Shown here: positions 28,440 to 41,900 of the stretch, in pieces | How the letters are laid out: each line of letters begins with the position of its first letter | Numbering within the stretch: the first letter of the stretch is position 1 | IMG/VR virus record: IMGVR_UViG_3300014043_000004 | Location: 1 to 64,000 of that record | Origin: a virus | Lineage: Duplodnaviria > Caudoviricetes | Reading direction: 5' to 3' (one strand) | Length of the DNA: 64,000 nucleotides | Position numbers and translations under genes: made by a program | Notes under the pieces: generated by a model | What the model saw: the letters and a program-made list of their open reading frames with translations, nothing else | Database searches by the model: none | What the model was told of the DNA's origin: nothing

Positions 28440-29461
28440 TGGACATATCTATTCCATATTACGAGGATAAAACCCGTATAAGTAATTCAAACATAGGCTG
28501 GTTTCTAAACAAGGGACCAGCCTTTTTACATAAGATGCTAACAGAAGATGTTCCTGAAGAAAAGTCTCAAGCCTTGGAGCGTGGAACTATGATTCATGAA
28601 TATATTCTGCAGCCTGAAGAGTTCCAAAAAGACTATGTAGTCTGGAACAAAAGTAGACCTACTTCTGCGCAACAGGAGAAGTTCTGTCAGGTACTTGCAT
28701 CTTCACTAGAAATAGAGCCAAATAGAGCCATTCTAGACGCTTATAAACAAGCATATAGTACAGCAGGAAAGTCAGAAGACAAAATGCTGTCAGAAGGCCT
28801 TAAAATAGCCTCTACGTTGAAGGATTATATAGACTTCCTGAAAGCAAATGATGGAAGGATTATGATTGGTCCTTGGGATGTAAAAATGCTTGAGAAGATT
28901 AAGCATAACATCCAGTCTCACAAACTTGCATATAACTTAATATGGCCGTTGAGTACATTTGTCTCAAAACAAGATGGTACATATATGAGTGATGCAATAA
29001 ACGCTTGGCATGAGTTTCATATAAACTGGGGTTATGAGAACAAGATACAATGTAAATCTTTATTAGATGGTCTCACTCTCGATTTTAATAATAAGAGAGC
29101 CATTATATACGACCTTAAGACCACACAAAAGTTGTGGCATTTTGAGGATAGTATTAAGACTTACGATTATCTAAGACAGTTAGACTATTATAGTATGGCT
29201 GTCAGATGGTATCTTGTCAACGAATGTGGTGTTACAGAAGATGAAATATTTGAATGGAAATTTGAATATTACATCATTGGTATAGATACTACTGGTTCAA
29301 ACGAGATCAGAGTGTTTAAAATTGAGCAGAAAGATGTTAGTTCCAGAGATGAGACTATATTTACTGCTCTCGACCAGATAGCTTGGCATCAGTCTACAGG
29401 TAAGTGGGATCATAGTAGAGAATATTATGAAGGCGATGGCTCAGAGTCATTGAACCTATGA
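28439..29461 (+). CDS. PD-(D/E)XK exonuclease (RecE/ExoVIII-like)
   Basis: ISNS, GTMIHEYILQPEEF, CKSLLD, DLKTT, YLRQLDYY. Confidence 0.8.
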   Translation: MDISIPYYEDKTRISNSNIGWFLNKGPAFLHKMLTEDVPEEKSQALERGTMIHEYILQPEEFQKDYVVWNKSRPTSAQQEKFCQVLASSLEIEPNRAILDAYKQAYSTAGKSEDKMLSEGLKIASTLKDYIDFLKANDGRIMIGPWDVKMLEKIKHNIQSHKLAYNLIWPLSTFVSKQDGTYMSDAINAWHEFHINWGYENKIQCKSLLDGLTLDFNNKRAIIYDLKTTQKLWHFEDSIKTYDYLRQLDYYSMAVRWYLVNECGVTEDEIFEWKFEYYIIGIDTTGSNEIRVFKIEQKDVSSRDETIFTALDQIAWHQSTGKWDHSREYYEGDGSESLNL

Positions 29462-29943
29462 GTACACAAGCAAAATTATTAATCCCGCTTCTAGATGATG
29501 TTCTTAAAAAAGAATATCTCACTCCGGAAGCAGGATTTGTCGATATGTATGTACACGATAAGAATCGTCCGTATATAGAAAATTGTGTGTTTTTACTATA
29601 TAAAATCGGAGTTAAATCCGACCTTGCGTGTGAATGTGAATATTACATGCGAGAATGTAAAAATGTACACAGTGTTCGAATAGAGTATATAGACGGCGAA
29701 CCTTATCGTATATATGCATTCCATTTAATTGGAAAAGATAGCAAAAACATATATAAAGGGTTTAAACCGCGCGAAGATAAAAATATTACGCGCATTCTAG
29801 GATTTTGGATGGGAAGTGACGTTGACGTAAACAACGTCATGATGAAGAATAGTATATACGGCATTAAAGTTGATTGGAAAACTTTGCCAGAATATGATTA
29901 TCAACCATCCTTCCTAGAAACACAAATAGGTGGGTATCTATAA
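29458..29943 (+). CDS. hypothetical protein
   Basis: Last gene of the + strand operon. Confidence 0.75.
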   Translation: MSTQAKLLIPLLDDVLKKEYLTPEAGFVDMYVHDKNRPYIENCVFLLYKIGVKSDLACECEYYMRECKNVHSVRIEYIDGEPYRIYAFHLIGKDSKNIYKGFKPREDKNITRILGFWMGSDVDVNNVMMKNSIYGIKVDWKTLPEYDYQPSFLETQIGGYL

Positions 29944-29963
29944 AAGATACTCACCTATTTTTT
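29924..29963. terminator. intrinsic terminator between convergent halves
   Basis: AAATAGGTGGGTATCT-ATAAA-AGATACTCACCTATTT followed by T-run. Confidence 0.8.
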
Positions 29964-30003
29964 ATGTTTCTCACTCTACTAAACACTCGATAGAATAGGC
30001 GTT

Positions 30004-33000
30004 TTAATTAAACCTATTATTAAATCTGTTAGAGTTATTAAATCTGTTTGAACTAAAACGATTATCGTTAAACCTACCGTTCGACTTCTTCGAAGTCTGC
30101 TTTGGTTGTTTCTCCTTTTTGTCGTACTGACTCTTCCATTTGTTAAGACGCAAATACCACTTTGTTTTAGCTTTTATTCCTTCAACGTTACTTGATGAAT
30201 ACGAAGCATGGAGACCAAGTCCAGATAACGTTTTAAACAAACTACGCAAAGCTTTTGGCTTACCTTTATACGCAGACTGACCTTTGACTTTTTCCCATTC
30301 ATCAAAATTCCATCCGTGTTGACTATAGCCAGCAGCTACTTCCTAAAGAAGGTCTACAATTGCTAATTTGTTTTGCAAATCGCTTGTTGATGCTGTAACA
30401 GATGTAATAAGGTCTAAAACAGTATCTGGAGAGAAGAACGTCATTCTTACAATAGCAATTCTCATTAACAAATGACTAGACAGTTGATACCAATATTTAT
30501 CGTCGTCACCGTCCCCAACTATTTTATTGTGCCACATTACATCAGCAATCATAAAGAATAAGAATATACCAACTTCTGTTAAGAATCTATCCATTGCGTA
30601 TAGATCAGTATCTGCGATCTGCAATTCTTCTTTCTTTGCTTTTGTTTTATCGTCAATAGTAGATTTCATAGGGTGTGCTAGCTACCATATTAGATATTTA
30701 TAGTATCTACTACGAGACAGACATGCCCAAAAACCCTTCCATATGCCATCGTCTATTGTACGAGTTTGAAAGTTGAAACCACCTTTGTCTCTCCAATACT
30801 TCTGCTTTAACTCTTTTCTATCACTCAAAGATTTGGTTTCATCTGCAGAAGACGGATCGTCTATTTGGAAGTCATGTAATGATTTAGCTCTTTCAGATAC
30901 AGCAACAAGCATAAACGTTCTCATGACAGAAGTAAATCCAGCTACAATGTTTGTTTGAAGACCAGTACGTTCTGTTTGAGGTACGATAAGGTTTGCTATA
31001 GTTGATTTACTACGCATTTCCTTTGATATTTGCTTCTCAAAATCGTCAGTTAGAATTCTACCAAGCTCGTTGCGTTTTCTAGCAAACCTTCCGCGTTTGT
31101 CTATATGGTATGCAGAATGTAAAGTATTCATGTTAGTATGCCACTACATCCTAGCAGTTTTTAAATCTACGCCATGATCATAGGCATGCTGAAGCCATTC
31201 CCGCTTTCTCATGAACTCTAGTTTATGAGTGTCCATATTTTCAAACGCTTTATACTGATGCATAACAATCTCATAGATCTGAGCGTTTACAGTATATTCG
31301 CCTATAGAGAAGGGTCGCATTACTATATCTTCTGCTAAAAACCTACCGATTTTACTTCGGTCCATTCTAGAATATCTTTCTGTTACAGTTCTGCCTAAAT
31401 TAAAGTATGCCATTCCGCCAACAGTATGGCTACCTAATATACCAGAACTATTAGTAGATCCGATGCTTGCTATAGCAGACGGTAACGACTTTAGAACGTA
31501 GAATATACTAGTGATGTAATCTCCCATGTTATAATTCTTACCACAAATCGCTTCTGTGAGAACCTATAACGCCGGGTCTGCCCAAGCAACAGCAGCAGAA
31601 ACCCAGTTTAATGCAAGAAGTCCGACTGTCGATATTGACCTGAATAAAGGGAGTATTTTTAACAGCATTTTTGTTATATTCTGTTTATAAGATACGCCAT
31701 TATCCTCATTAAATTCCAACACCCTTAGTCTTTCATAGAACTATCTGTTTATTATACCTTTTATAGCATTTATCTGTCCTTTTCTGTTTTTATTACCAAG
31801 TTCTGTTCTATACAATATAGTCTGCACCTCAGAAAGGTGCTTACTCTTGTTCTTATAGTTTACAGACATTGTATAGAAATCAATAACAGATCCTAATATG
31901 TCGGTGTTTATTTCCCTAGGGTTATTCAATCTTCGTATATACCTCACTGGAATATTCATAGAACGACTTCCATCTGGTCTGAGTTGATAGTCTATGTTAA
32001 TCTCAGTATCTGTGTCATTTATAAAGAACAAACGCTTTGCCCAATACCACAACGGTTTAAGAGGATTCCACGGATTGGTTAAGTAGACCTATCTTGCTGT
32101 TCCGGATTTTTGTACAAGTCTGCCGTCATACTATCCAGCAAATGGAATATTAGCATAAGCTTGCTTCATAGTATTTTGTAGAGCTCTAAAATAATTCTAA
32201 ACCTCTCTACTACCGTTTTCTATGTATTCCTTATACTTTTGATTAGTATAACTAACCTGTTCTTTATCCGTTTTATCTATAGTCTTGTCTGTAATAGGCT
32301 GTACCAGATCGTTTGAGTTGAAATCATATCGTTTATCTACAAATCTATTACTCGAATTATCTGGATCTATTACTGAGTATGCTTGAATAGGTTCTCTTAT
32401 TATGGACAATACGGTCTATCCATTTATTGTAGTTTTTTCTTTGGTTGGCATTCTTATAGAGAATATGCTCAGCGGAACTAATTCTTTAACGTTACCTTTA
32501 GAGTCCTTTATTTCGGCATAAAACTTACGCATTTCTTCTTCAAACTTTTGCTTCCACAAAGGATCTCCTGGGTTTTCATCCCTTACTCGCTACTTTACTT
32601 GCGTCTCTATAATCTGTCTCCATACACCACCGCCCGTCTTTTTTATATAATCTTTTCGAACAAGTCTTCCTATAGCCGATTTCTATGCCTGTGTTCTAGG
32701 TTTAACAGATTTAATCTCGTTCAATAATTGACCAAGCTCCTCGTCCACTTTCTTTAGGTTTTCCCAGAAACCTTCATAACCAACTCTGATGTTTCTTGTA
32801 GATTCATCCCAAACGTCCTATATTCTAGGTTTCACAAGACCTTTGCTAACAATTATGTGTCTGAGTTGATTTCTATATTTTCTAAGAGTTTTTATTCTGT
32901 CGTCTCCAATAAGCGGAGAAAGTTTTTCGATTTCTTCCCAGATAAGTGGATTCATTATTGGGTATGAGTTCTGCTTTTCAAAGGCTTCTGGATTTCTTGA

Positions 33001-35946
33001 ATTTGCTTTAGCTGCTTCATAAGCCTCTGTATCTTTCTTATACGCAATTTTACCCTCTATGACATCATTCCACGCCATCAATTCTTCAGCAATCTGTCTT
33101 TCGTCAGAACCAACTGGTTTTTCATTTCCGAATTCATCGTATATGCTAGCCAATTGAGATTTTTGGTTATATAAGATCTTTAGTTGTTTTGCCTTAGAAC
33201 TATTTAACAATTCAGTGTGAACCTTTCCGTTTATCGTACAAGCACCAATTATATCGTTGATATCCTTCTAAATAGCCTTCTGAGCATCTCTCGTCTTACG
33301 AGATAACATATCTATCTTAAGGTCATAATACTCCTCCGTAAACGGTCTTATTGCGTGCTTGCTTGTCCAATGATTTAGTTTGTGAAGAAAGTCGTTTTCT
33401 AGATCTTCAAACCCTTCTGGGAAGATAGGTTCACCATCTGTATCGAATTCTATCTCGTAATGATAATCTCCGCTTCTCTATCTGATCTGCTTCTCTATTC
33501 CGCCATTTCCAAACAATAAATCGTCTATGAATTTTTCACGGTCTTGATAATATTGACCTTTATTAACAGAATCCAAGAAATTTCCTGTCGGTATACCATC
33601 ACTATTCTTTTCAATAAACATCTTATCGAAGTTGAACGGGGATAATGCCCCATACAACACAGACTTCAAACCTAGAGATTTTATAGCCTTTTTTCTAAGT
33701 TTTTGCAAAGTCTTAGCCTTGTCTTCAGATTCTCTATGGGTTTCATAGTTAATATTGTCTACGATATCCTATAACATTCTAACAAGGTTTGATGCAGAAT
33801 GGCTTGGTAATTTTAAAAAAGCATCAAGTCCGCCAACATCACCCCAAGTAGATTGGTTCGCAAGCCATTGTCTTACCGAATATGTTGCACGCTGTATCAA
33901 ATCGTCTGGCTGACCTTTCATTGCATTTTGTACATAAGAAACACAGAACGATTCAATTCTAGACTTTGTTGCATTATTAAACATTGTCTCCACATTAACC
34001 ATTATGCTAACCAACGATGCAGAACCGTCAGATACCTCTTGTAAAAACTGCTCAGTTACATCGTGACCATATACAGCTTCAAATTTACCGTCTTTAAGAG
34101 CTTCGTCGAGTTGTTTTATAGCAGAAGAATAGAAACCGATTACGTTTTGATACATAGACATTATTTCATCGAAAGTAAACTCACGTCTATCGAGATTCTA
34201 GTCTTGCATATTCTGTATAGTAGCAGGAATGTACTATACTTTAACGTCTCCTGTGTTAGGATCAACAATCTCTTCTTGTATATAATGCGTATACTCAGAT
34301 TCTTTAGCGCTTATCAGTTTTTCAATAACGTCTGTCAACTCTGTACGAGCGGTTTCTATAAAAGATGTAATCAGGTTTATGTTTGCGTCTTTTTCTTCTT
34401 GAGTATTTATCATCTACTCCTTTTCTGCTTCAGTTAGACGCTTTTTGTTTTCCAGTCCATGATCTTTCAGATATTTCTGTCTAAATTCTTTTATATCTTG
34501 CAAGAATTTTTTAACAGCCGTCTCTTGAATTTGCATCTGTACTTGCATTTCAGGGTTTGTAACCTAAGATCTACGAAATTCTTTATTTCTAGACACGGTA
34601 CCCTGAGCGATACGCTAGATAGCATCGTGAAGTGGAGTAGCGTTTACTTTTTCATACTCAATCAGAGCATCTTTCTGTCTATTCTCGTCTCTAGTTTTAC
34701 TTAGCTTTTCTCTATACTTAGACACACCTTCAAACGCTCTTACAGTAGAACGATATGCTCTACCGATAGCTGTTAGAGGCTTAGATTTAAACATTCTGCC
34801 TTCATGCATCTAAAACATCTGCTTTTCCGCATCAAGAGCTCGTTGCTGTTCATTCAAAGCAAACGCTCTTGTTATGTTAGCATACAGCTGATTTCGTATA
34901 GCTTCGTTTTCTATTCCAAATGTGGAATATAGCATGTTAGCCAATGCTGCCCAGAATTTCTAGAAGAATGATTGATCTTCTATACAGCTCATGAATTCTG
35001 TATCAGTAGTTCTAGCAGTAATTATATCGACCAAAGCTTCTTCGACTTCTTCGTTAGACATACCCTCTTTATATACAGCACGCAATGACGTTTGTATAAG
35101 TTTTGAGTTCCAGAACATCCTTATGTAATGATGTGCGAGTTCGTGATCGAACGTACTAGGATCTCCTTCTGTCAAAGATATAGCTATCACATGATGTGCA
35201 GCAGAAGATGTACTATTATGGTCATAGTATCCTTGATGATCTCCTCCGATATAATCTAAGAAATCTATTATAAGATTTGTTTTATCGTCGTTGTTCTCAG
35301 ACACAAACCGTATAATTCCATCTTCCCCTACAACCTGATGTAATCCATAAGCTTCTGCAAGTTTTAATTGCGTTTCTCCGATAATCTACTTCTGACGCTC
35401 TTCGATCCACTATTTTTTGGCATCTTGCATAGACTTTATAGGATCTGCATTAGGGTCTTTCTAAGCTTGTTGTATAGTCTATCTTGCAGCATAACTATTC
35501 ATATCTTGATTGATATGATTGAGTTCCTATAAATGATCAATGTCACTTCTGTTTATAGATACAGTACGGTTAGGATCGTTTACCACAACATCGTCTAGAC
35601 TTACACCTTTTGTGTCAGATTCTTGTAAAACCTATTCTATCTTTGGTTCTCCATTATCGTCGAGTTTGTCTACAACGGTGCCTGGGAAATCAATCCAATT
35701 ACCAAAAGAACTTAAGAAATCATTACCGTAACACTTAGCCTTTTGACGAATTGCCTTTACTCTATTTTTAAATTTACTCAACAACGCAGCAAACAGGATA
35801 GATGGCTCCCCATTGGGAGCCTTATCTATTCCGTTTCCGTTGTTTTTAGACCACACATTATAGGCGGTCTTTTCTGTTGTTGCGTCCTTTATTTCATTAA
35901 ACTCCCTAGCAACGTCGGGATTGCTCATTAATGGACAAATTATCAT
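30004..35946 (-). CDS. ~1,980-aa virion/ejection protein with zincin motif (TAG=Gln)
   Basis: 12 ORF fragments in one frame ending at TAG, final TAA; HELAH at 35131-35145. Confidence 0.8.
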
Positions 35947-35954
35947 AATTATGA

Positions 35955-38900
35955 TTATTTACATGTTTTTTCAGCCTCTTCGCTTTGGTCAGAATCATCA
36001 AATTCTCCATCGTCTTGTTCTTCTTGAGACAAGTCACTTCTGACTATACTTAAAGCTTTACCAGCACTTGTATTCTCAAATTCAGTACCTTCTGTATCCA
36101 ACAGTTGCTTCAGTAACTCAGGATTTTGTCTAAACGATTCTTTTATTATATTCAACCGAAGATCTACCATCTCTTCTTTAGTCATAGGTTTTGGATCTGT
36201 AGCAACATCTTGAGCCTCACTTACAATAGATTTTATCTTAGCAGTATCTGTGGTAGATAGAATATCTTGTTTATACTCATTTTTACTCTCGGCGTCAATA
36301 TCTAATGCGTCTACAATAAAATAGTTGTATGCCTAATGGGCACTATTAAATTGTACACCATTATAAGTAAATTGACGTTGAGCAGTACTCTTAAACTGAG
36401 GATAATCTTCTAACTTTATTACACTAGAACTACCAGACTCTTTGGCTTTCGGTTTTTGCTCAGACTTTTGTTCCTATTTCTCTTTCTTCGGCTTTTCACT
36501 AGACTTTAATTCTGCTCGAATCTGTGTAAGGAGTTTTGGGAACTCTTTATCCCATCCATAACGTTTACTTGCCTTCTTATGAGTAAGTTTTGCATCTTTT
36601 GTAGATAATAACAAATCTTTTGCATCTTCATTTTGTTCGAAAGACGCCTTCATTATCTCATACAACAAATCCGCTTTAACTTTATCCCACTCAGACTTAT
36701 TCAAATCTTCTATCTTACCTCCGATAGCAGTAGCATCAGACCCTTGCGACAATTTGAGCTATTCTTTTATATCTTCTTGATATTCTACAGTCGTATCAGA
36801 ATATTTAAGCTTCTGTGCCTAGAAAGCTGCTTCTACCGATGGCCAACTTTCACCGTCGTATTTTACCTTTCTTGGGGCAAGATTGCTCAAATAGCCGTTT
36901 TTGCGTGTTTCTTTGGTTCCCCACCAAATATCTACAGATCCATCGCTTTCGTACTCTATTTCTGTCTGTTTTTTGGACTTTTCTTTATTTGATTCTGATT
37001 TTTCTCTTACTGTTTCAAGAAGTTTCTTTAACTTTTCTCTATATTTCTTGAGATCTTTTTCGGAAATGTCCATATCCCTTAGGAACAGCTCTTTAGATAT
37101 AAAGTCGTCAAGATTCTCGTCTCCCATCCAAACAGACATTTCATTAAATGCGTCTGCAATAAACTATAAAACGTTGTCAACAGATTCAGATACGCCTTCC
37201 TAATAATTTAAAGGTGCAGGTTGATCAAGTAACGTTAGCACGTCTTGTACACTATGCGGATACATAGGCTGTTTATCACTGACATTAGCACAATAAATAT
37301 CGTAGAAATAAAAACCTGCCCTAAATCTACCAGATTCCGGATGGAATATTCTATATACAGGATAACTACCTTTATCAGGATTTTTCTCGTCTATATAGTT
37401 CTCACCTATATACTTATACAACAAGATGTTGTCGTTGTCATAGCGGTCTGAACCATTACGCCTTATCTTTATATATGGAGGATATTCCTCTCCGTTCTTT
37501 TTAATAGTTACAATTGTACCAGACTTTTTCTTTACTGCGCCGGCTACTTCTGTTATTATTGGTTTTCTTGTAGATTCGGACTGGAACCAAAATTTACCGT
37601 TCTTCTTATGTCTAACTCTTTGCGTAGAGACATCGATATAACGACTTCTTGTTGTAAGATTTCTACTAGACCCACCATCCTTATATGTTTTCTTAAGCGG
37701 AACAAGTTTTACAAAATCGTTATCAAACCAGTTTTCGTAAATAATATCGTCCGCAAGCATGTCTATCGTTTCGTCAGACAAACCAGCCTGGAATAGTTCT
37801 CGTTGCCTTCTGATCCACTGATTATAAGTTAGTTTTTCACCATCTGCAGTCTGAATAGATATATCTTTTCTAATGGTGTTTGGTACAAACTTAAAGAACG
37901 TTCCTCCACCAGCTTTATCTCCAGAATTCAAGAACGCATATATAGCCAAATCTAAAGCAAACTGCCTTATCTCTTCATCTTTATCGTGGTACATTTCATC
38001 CCACGCACGCTCAAGTGCACTAGAGTTATCAGAATCTTCAAGCAGTGCGTTCTCAAGAGTTATGAATACAGGATCGTCAAAATTCTGTCTCTTTTCGTAT
38101 ACATCAGCACGTAACGCTTTCAATAACGGGTTTGTGATAGTACCACCAGTACCATATCTACTATACTTCTTGTTTCTTACATTCTTAACCTTATTCTAGA
38201 ACTTTATAAGGCGAACCATTATGTTATTTTCTCCGTAAAGTAAGTCATTATAATAGGTTTCTCCTTGTTGTTTTAGATACTGTTTAAAGAATTCTGTCTT
38301 GACGTGTGTCATTATAGCTTTTGACACTTTATTCGCAAGCGTTGTATTTTGTATAGAAGAATTAAGCTTAGAAAGTATCTTATCACATAACTTATCAAAC
38401 GAGTCGTTTGCTTGCATGGAAATGTTTTGCAGAATATCTTTGTACAACTTTGTTGCATTTGTAGTCTTAACGTCTACATAAGAATGCTCTTTTAGCGCAG
38501 TAAGACCTTTCTGTTCAAAGAATTCATTGTCTTCAAATACATCTTTATACTTGTCAAGATATGCTCTTTGTTCGATATAATTTTTTCCGTGCTTTTTAGT
38601 ATCAATCTTAGTAGCATTTACAAGGTTAGAAAGCTATTCTCCATATATATTCAAACAGTTCTGAATATACGCAACATACTCTTGTACTTGTTTTGGAGTA
38701 AGATCTACATCTACAAATTCACCGTCTTCATTCTTTACACGCACTCTATACATTCTACGCTGATCTTCAAGATTGTTAAACGATACACCTGCATTTTTGT
38801 TCTTAAGCACCTCTGGGTTCGTAAGAATGTCTTGCAGAATATTACCTTCTTTGATTTCAGCTTCGTCCGCAGAAGAATAATACATAAACGTGTTTGTATA

Positions 38901-41900
38901 GTTTCCTTTATCGTCTATTCCAAACAACGCTTTAGCAAACGTACCTATGATATCTTCATACTGAAGTCTTTCTTGATCTGTAACAGCATATGGAGAAAGC
39001 ATATATTTTTTCAGCTTCTCTTCCATGCCTCGTCTAGTTTCTGCTCTACCTTGATTAGCAAAATTATCAATCAAGAACGTATCTATAGCATCTCGCTGAG
39101 CTTTAGATTTAGATACGTTAGGATCAGTCATAAACGTACCAGAAGCATCGTTGTATACCCTAGACAGTTCTTCCATTATAGGTTGTCCAGTAAAGAACAA
39201 AGCCCTTTCTCCCATACCTGTACGAATTAATAGGTTTACAAGATTGTACGTAAAAGTATTAATGTTCAACCCTTCTATACTGTCTGGGTTTTTGGCAATA
39301 TCCACATGAACGTTTATAAGACCTGAAAGCCAACTCATAATACGCTTTCCTTGTTTATCCAAAGATTTAGAAAGACTTAAACATCCAAGTTGTTCGAGTA
39401 TGTTGGTATAGTTTTCGTTCTTCCAAGAAGCAAATCTTACTTTATACAACATTGTAAGAATGTGATTATTGTTGTTCAAAGCAAACGGACCAATACCAAA
39501 CTTACCAATCATGAACTTTATCTTCGTAGCTACCTAGAATGCAATATTGCCGAACATATACGCATAATATCTTTTCTTCGGTTTAGCTGCGTTTATGATA
39601 TCTCGAACGTCTGTTACAAGTTTAGTATCTTTATCGATTGAATAAAGAGCAACATGGCTATTAGCATCAAACTTAACGCCTGTTTCTGTAGCCACACCGT
39701 AAGACTTTAGTACTGTAATATAGTTGTATATAAGCTTATTTCTCCAATAGTCTACAGAACCCTCTTTAAAGTCCGTACTTACTACATCCTCTTCACCTTT
39801 CTTGCCATACTTAATATTATAACTAAGTCTTACAAGATAACGTTTATCAATATCGAAGTCAGAACCATCAATGCCGGTAATTTCCGCAGGAAGAATAATA
39901 GTGTCTCGTACAACAGGAAGAACATCAACAAATCTTAAAGCTCCAATAGAAGATTGTGCCTGAGTAGGAATACGAGCGTTTATACAACATGCGTGTACAT
40001 CATCCGTATTGCCGATAATCTTATGTTTCAACAACCATTCTCTAGACTTTTCAAAATTGTCTCTAATTCCTTCTGGAAGTATATCATAGAAGAAGTCTAT
40101 AGATATTACGGCATCCATGCTACCGTCGTTATTGATAACCTGTAGTCGTTTACCACCATTTATTCCACGCTTTGCGAAGTCTACGGTTTTGTCGTCAAGG
40201 ATTAACGGTTTGCCTTCAACACCCCAGTCAGGTCTCTGATAGAATGCGTTACCTTTCACATTGATGTCACAAGTCTCTTTGTTTATCTTGGATACCAAAA
40301 TACTTTGTATCCAGTCAATAGAAGACATTGCTTCAAGCTCAACGTTGAAGTGTTTAACCATTCTTGTCTTAGTCTCTCCTGTTTCTGGGTCAGTATATTC
40401 CTCCTCTTCTTCTACAACCTGAATTCCGTCTATAAGATTTGCGTCAGCATCTCTACTATCAAGCTCTCTTTCAAGGAACGCAGAGAAGTTGTCAATATTA
40501 AAAGTACCGTCTTCATTAAAGACTTCTTTTCTTATTTCTGCTTCTCCAAGATCAGACAGAGCTTTAATGGCGTCCATGATGTCATTCAAAACCTAATAAC
40601 CCCTTACAACCTCATATTCGTCTTTTCCAGTAACCGGATTTCTACCAATAAACCTCTTATACTTTTTGTTTGGTTTAAGGTTTGCAAGAGCGACTTTCGT
40701 CATCTGCGTACCCATGGTAGTAGTATCCTTTTCGTGAGGTTCTGTGTTAAGCTGCCTTCTTATGAACGCATAATCTTGTTCGTATGTATGGAAGTGGAAG
40801 TTTTTAAACGACTCTTCAGAATCAAACATCCCTGGATAGCACATCGAAGCTTCTTCACTACCGGTCTTTACACCACTGTGCATCATCAACATGTCTATTC
40901 CGTCCTCTTCCATCTTTCTAAGCAAGTCTGCAGTAAAACCTGTAGCCATGTACTTAAACAACGGGAAGAGAGCAAACTTGTCGTAATAGTGAATAGGAAT
41001 GTCTTCTGTCTGTGCATTTATTCTGTATCCGTAAGCACTATACTTCTAAGTACCAAGCAGAGCATCAATGATCACTTTATATGCATCTGAAGCGCGTAAA
41101 GGATTAATGTTTTTACCATCTTTCGTCTTACCTTCAAGATACATGAAAGCTTCTTGTACATTTGATGTAAATTTGCCGCGCATTCTCAAAAGAGTCTTTG
41201 CCATCTTCGGAGAAATAAATGCAGCACCATCTGCAGGCTTTGTGAAATCCAGAGCATCTAGAGCATTCTTGGCGCTTATACGAGCATGATCTAACGCAAT
41301 ACCAGCATTCTCTTCAAGCTCGTCCTCAATTTTCTTAGTAACAGCGTCAACATCTTTATCGTTCTACATGTCGTAGAGTTCGTCGTTCAGATTGTTTAAA
41401 GCTTCTTGTTTTTGCTCGTCTGTAAGATTTTCATCCTATTCTATTTGATCGGTCTTATAGTCCAAGTAAGCTTGTCTTAACGCTGCCTGATATGTAGTTC
41501 TTTCGAAATCTTTATATAACGCCGATTGTACTTGTGCTTCCTTAGGTTTATCTTCTATTTCTGCACATACATATTTACGTCTCACATCTGCCAAATCAAG
41601 CCTGTTTTTCTCACCGGTAGATCCAGCACCACCAAGTCGTTTAGACTGGTCTTTGTGTCTATCTGTGAGACAGTTCATGATTTTCTTAGATAACGAATCG
41701 AATATTTTTCCATGATGCCACTCGAAGAACTACGGCTGTCCTATATACATACGTTCTACTTCTTCTTCAGAAATAACACCACGCATGTATATATCCCATA
41801 TAGTCTGCATTATGGCTAAAGATTCGCATCTCTTTTTACCAGCTTCATCTGTTTTCTTTATATCAAGCTTTTCGATATATCTATCTCTGAGAGTCTGAAT

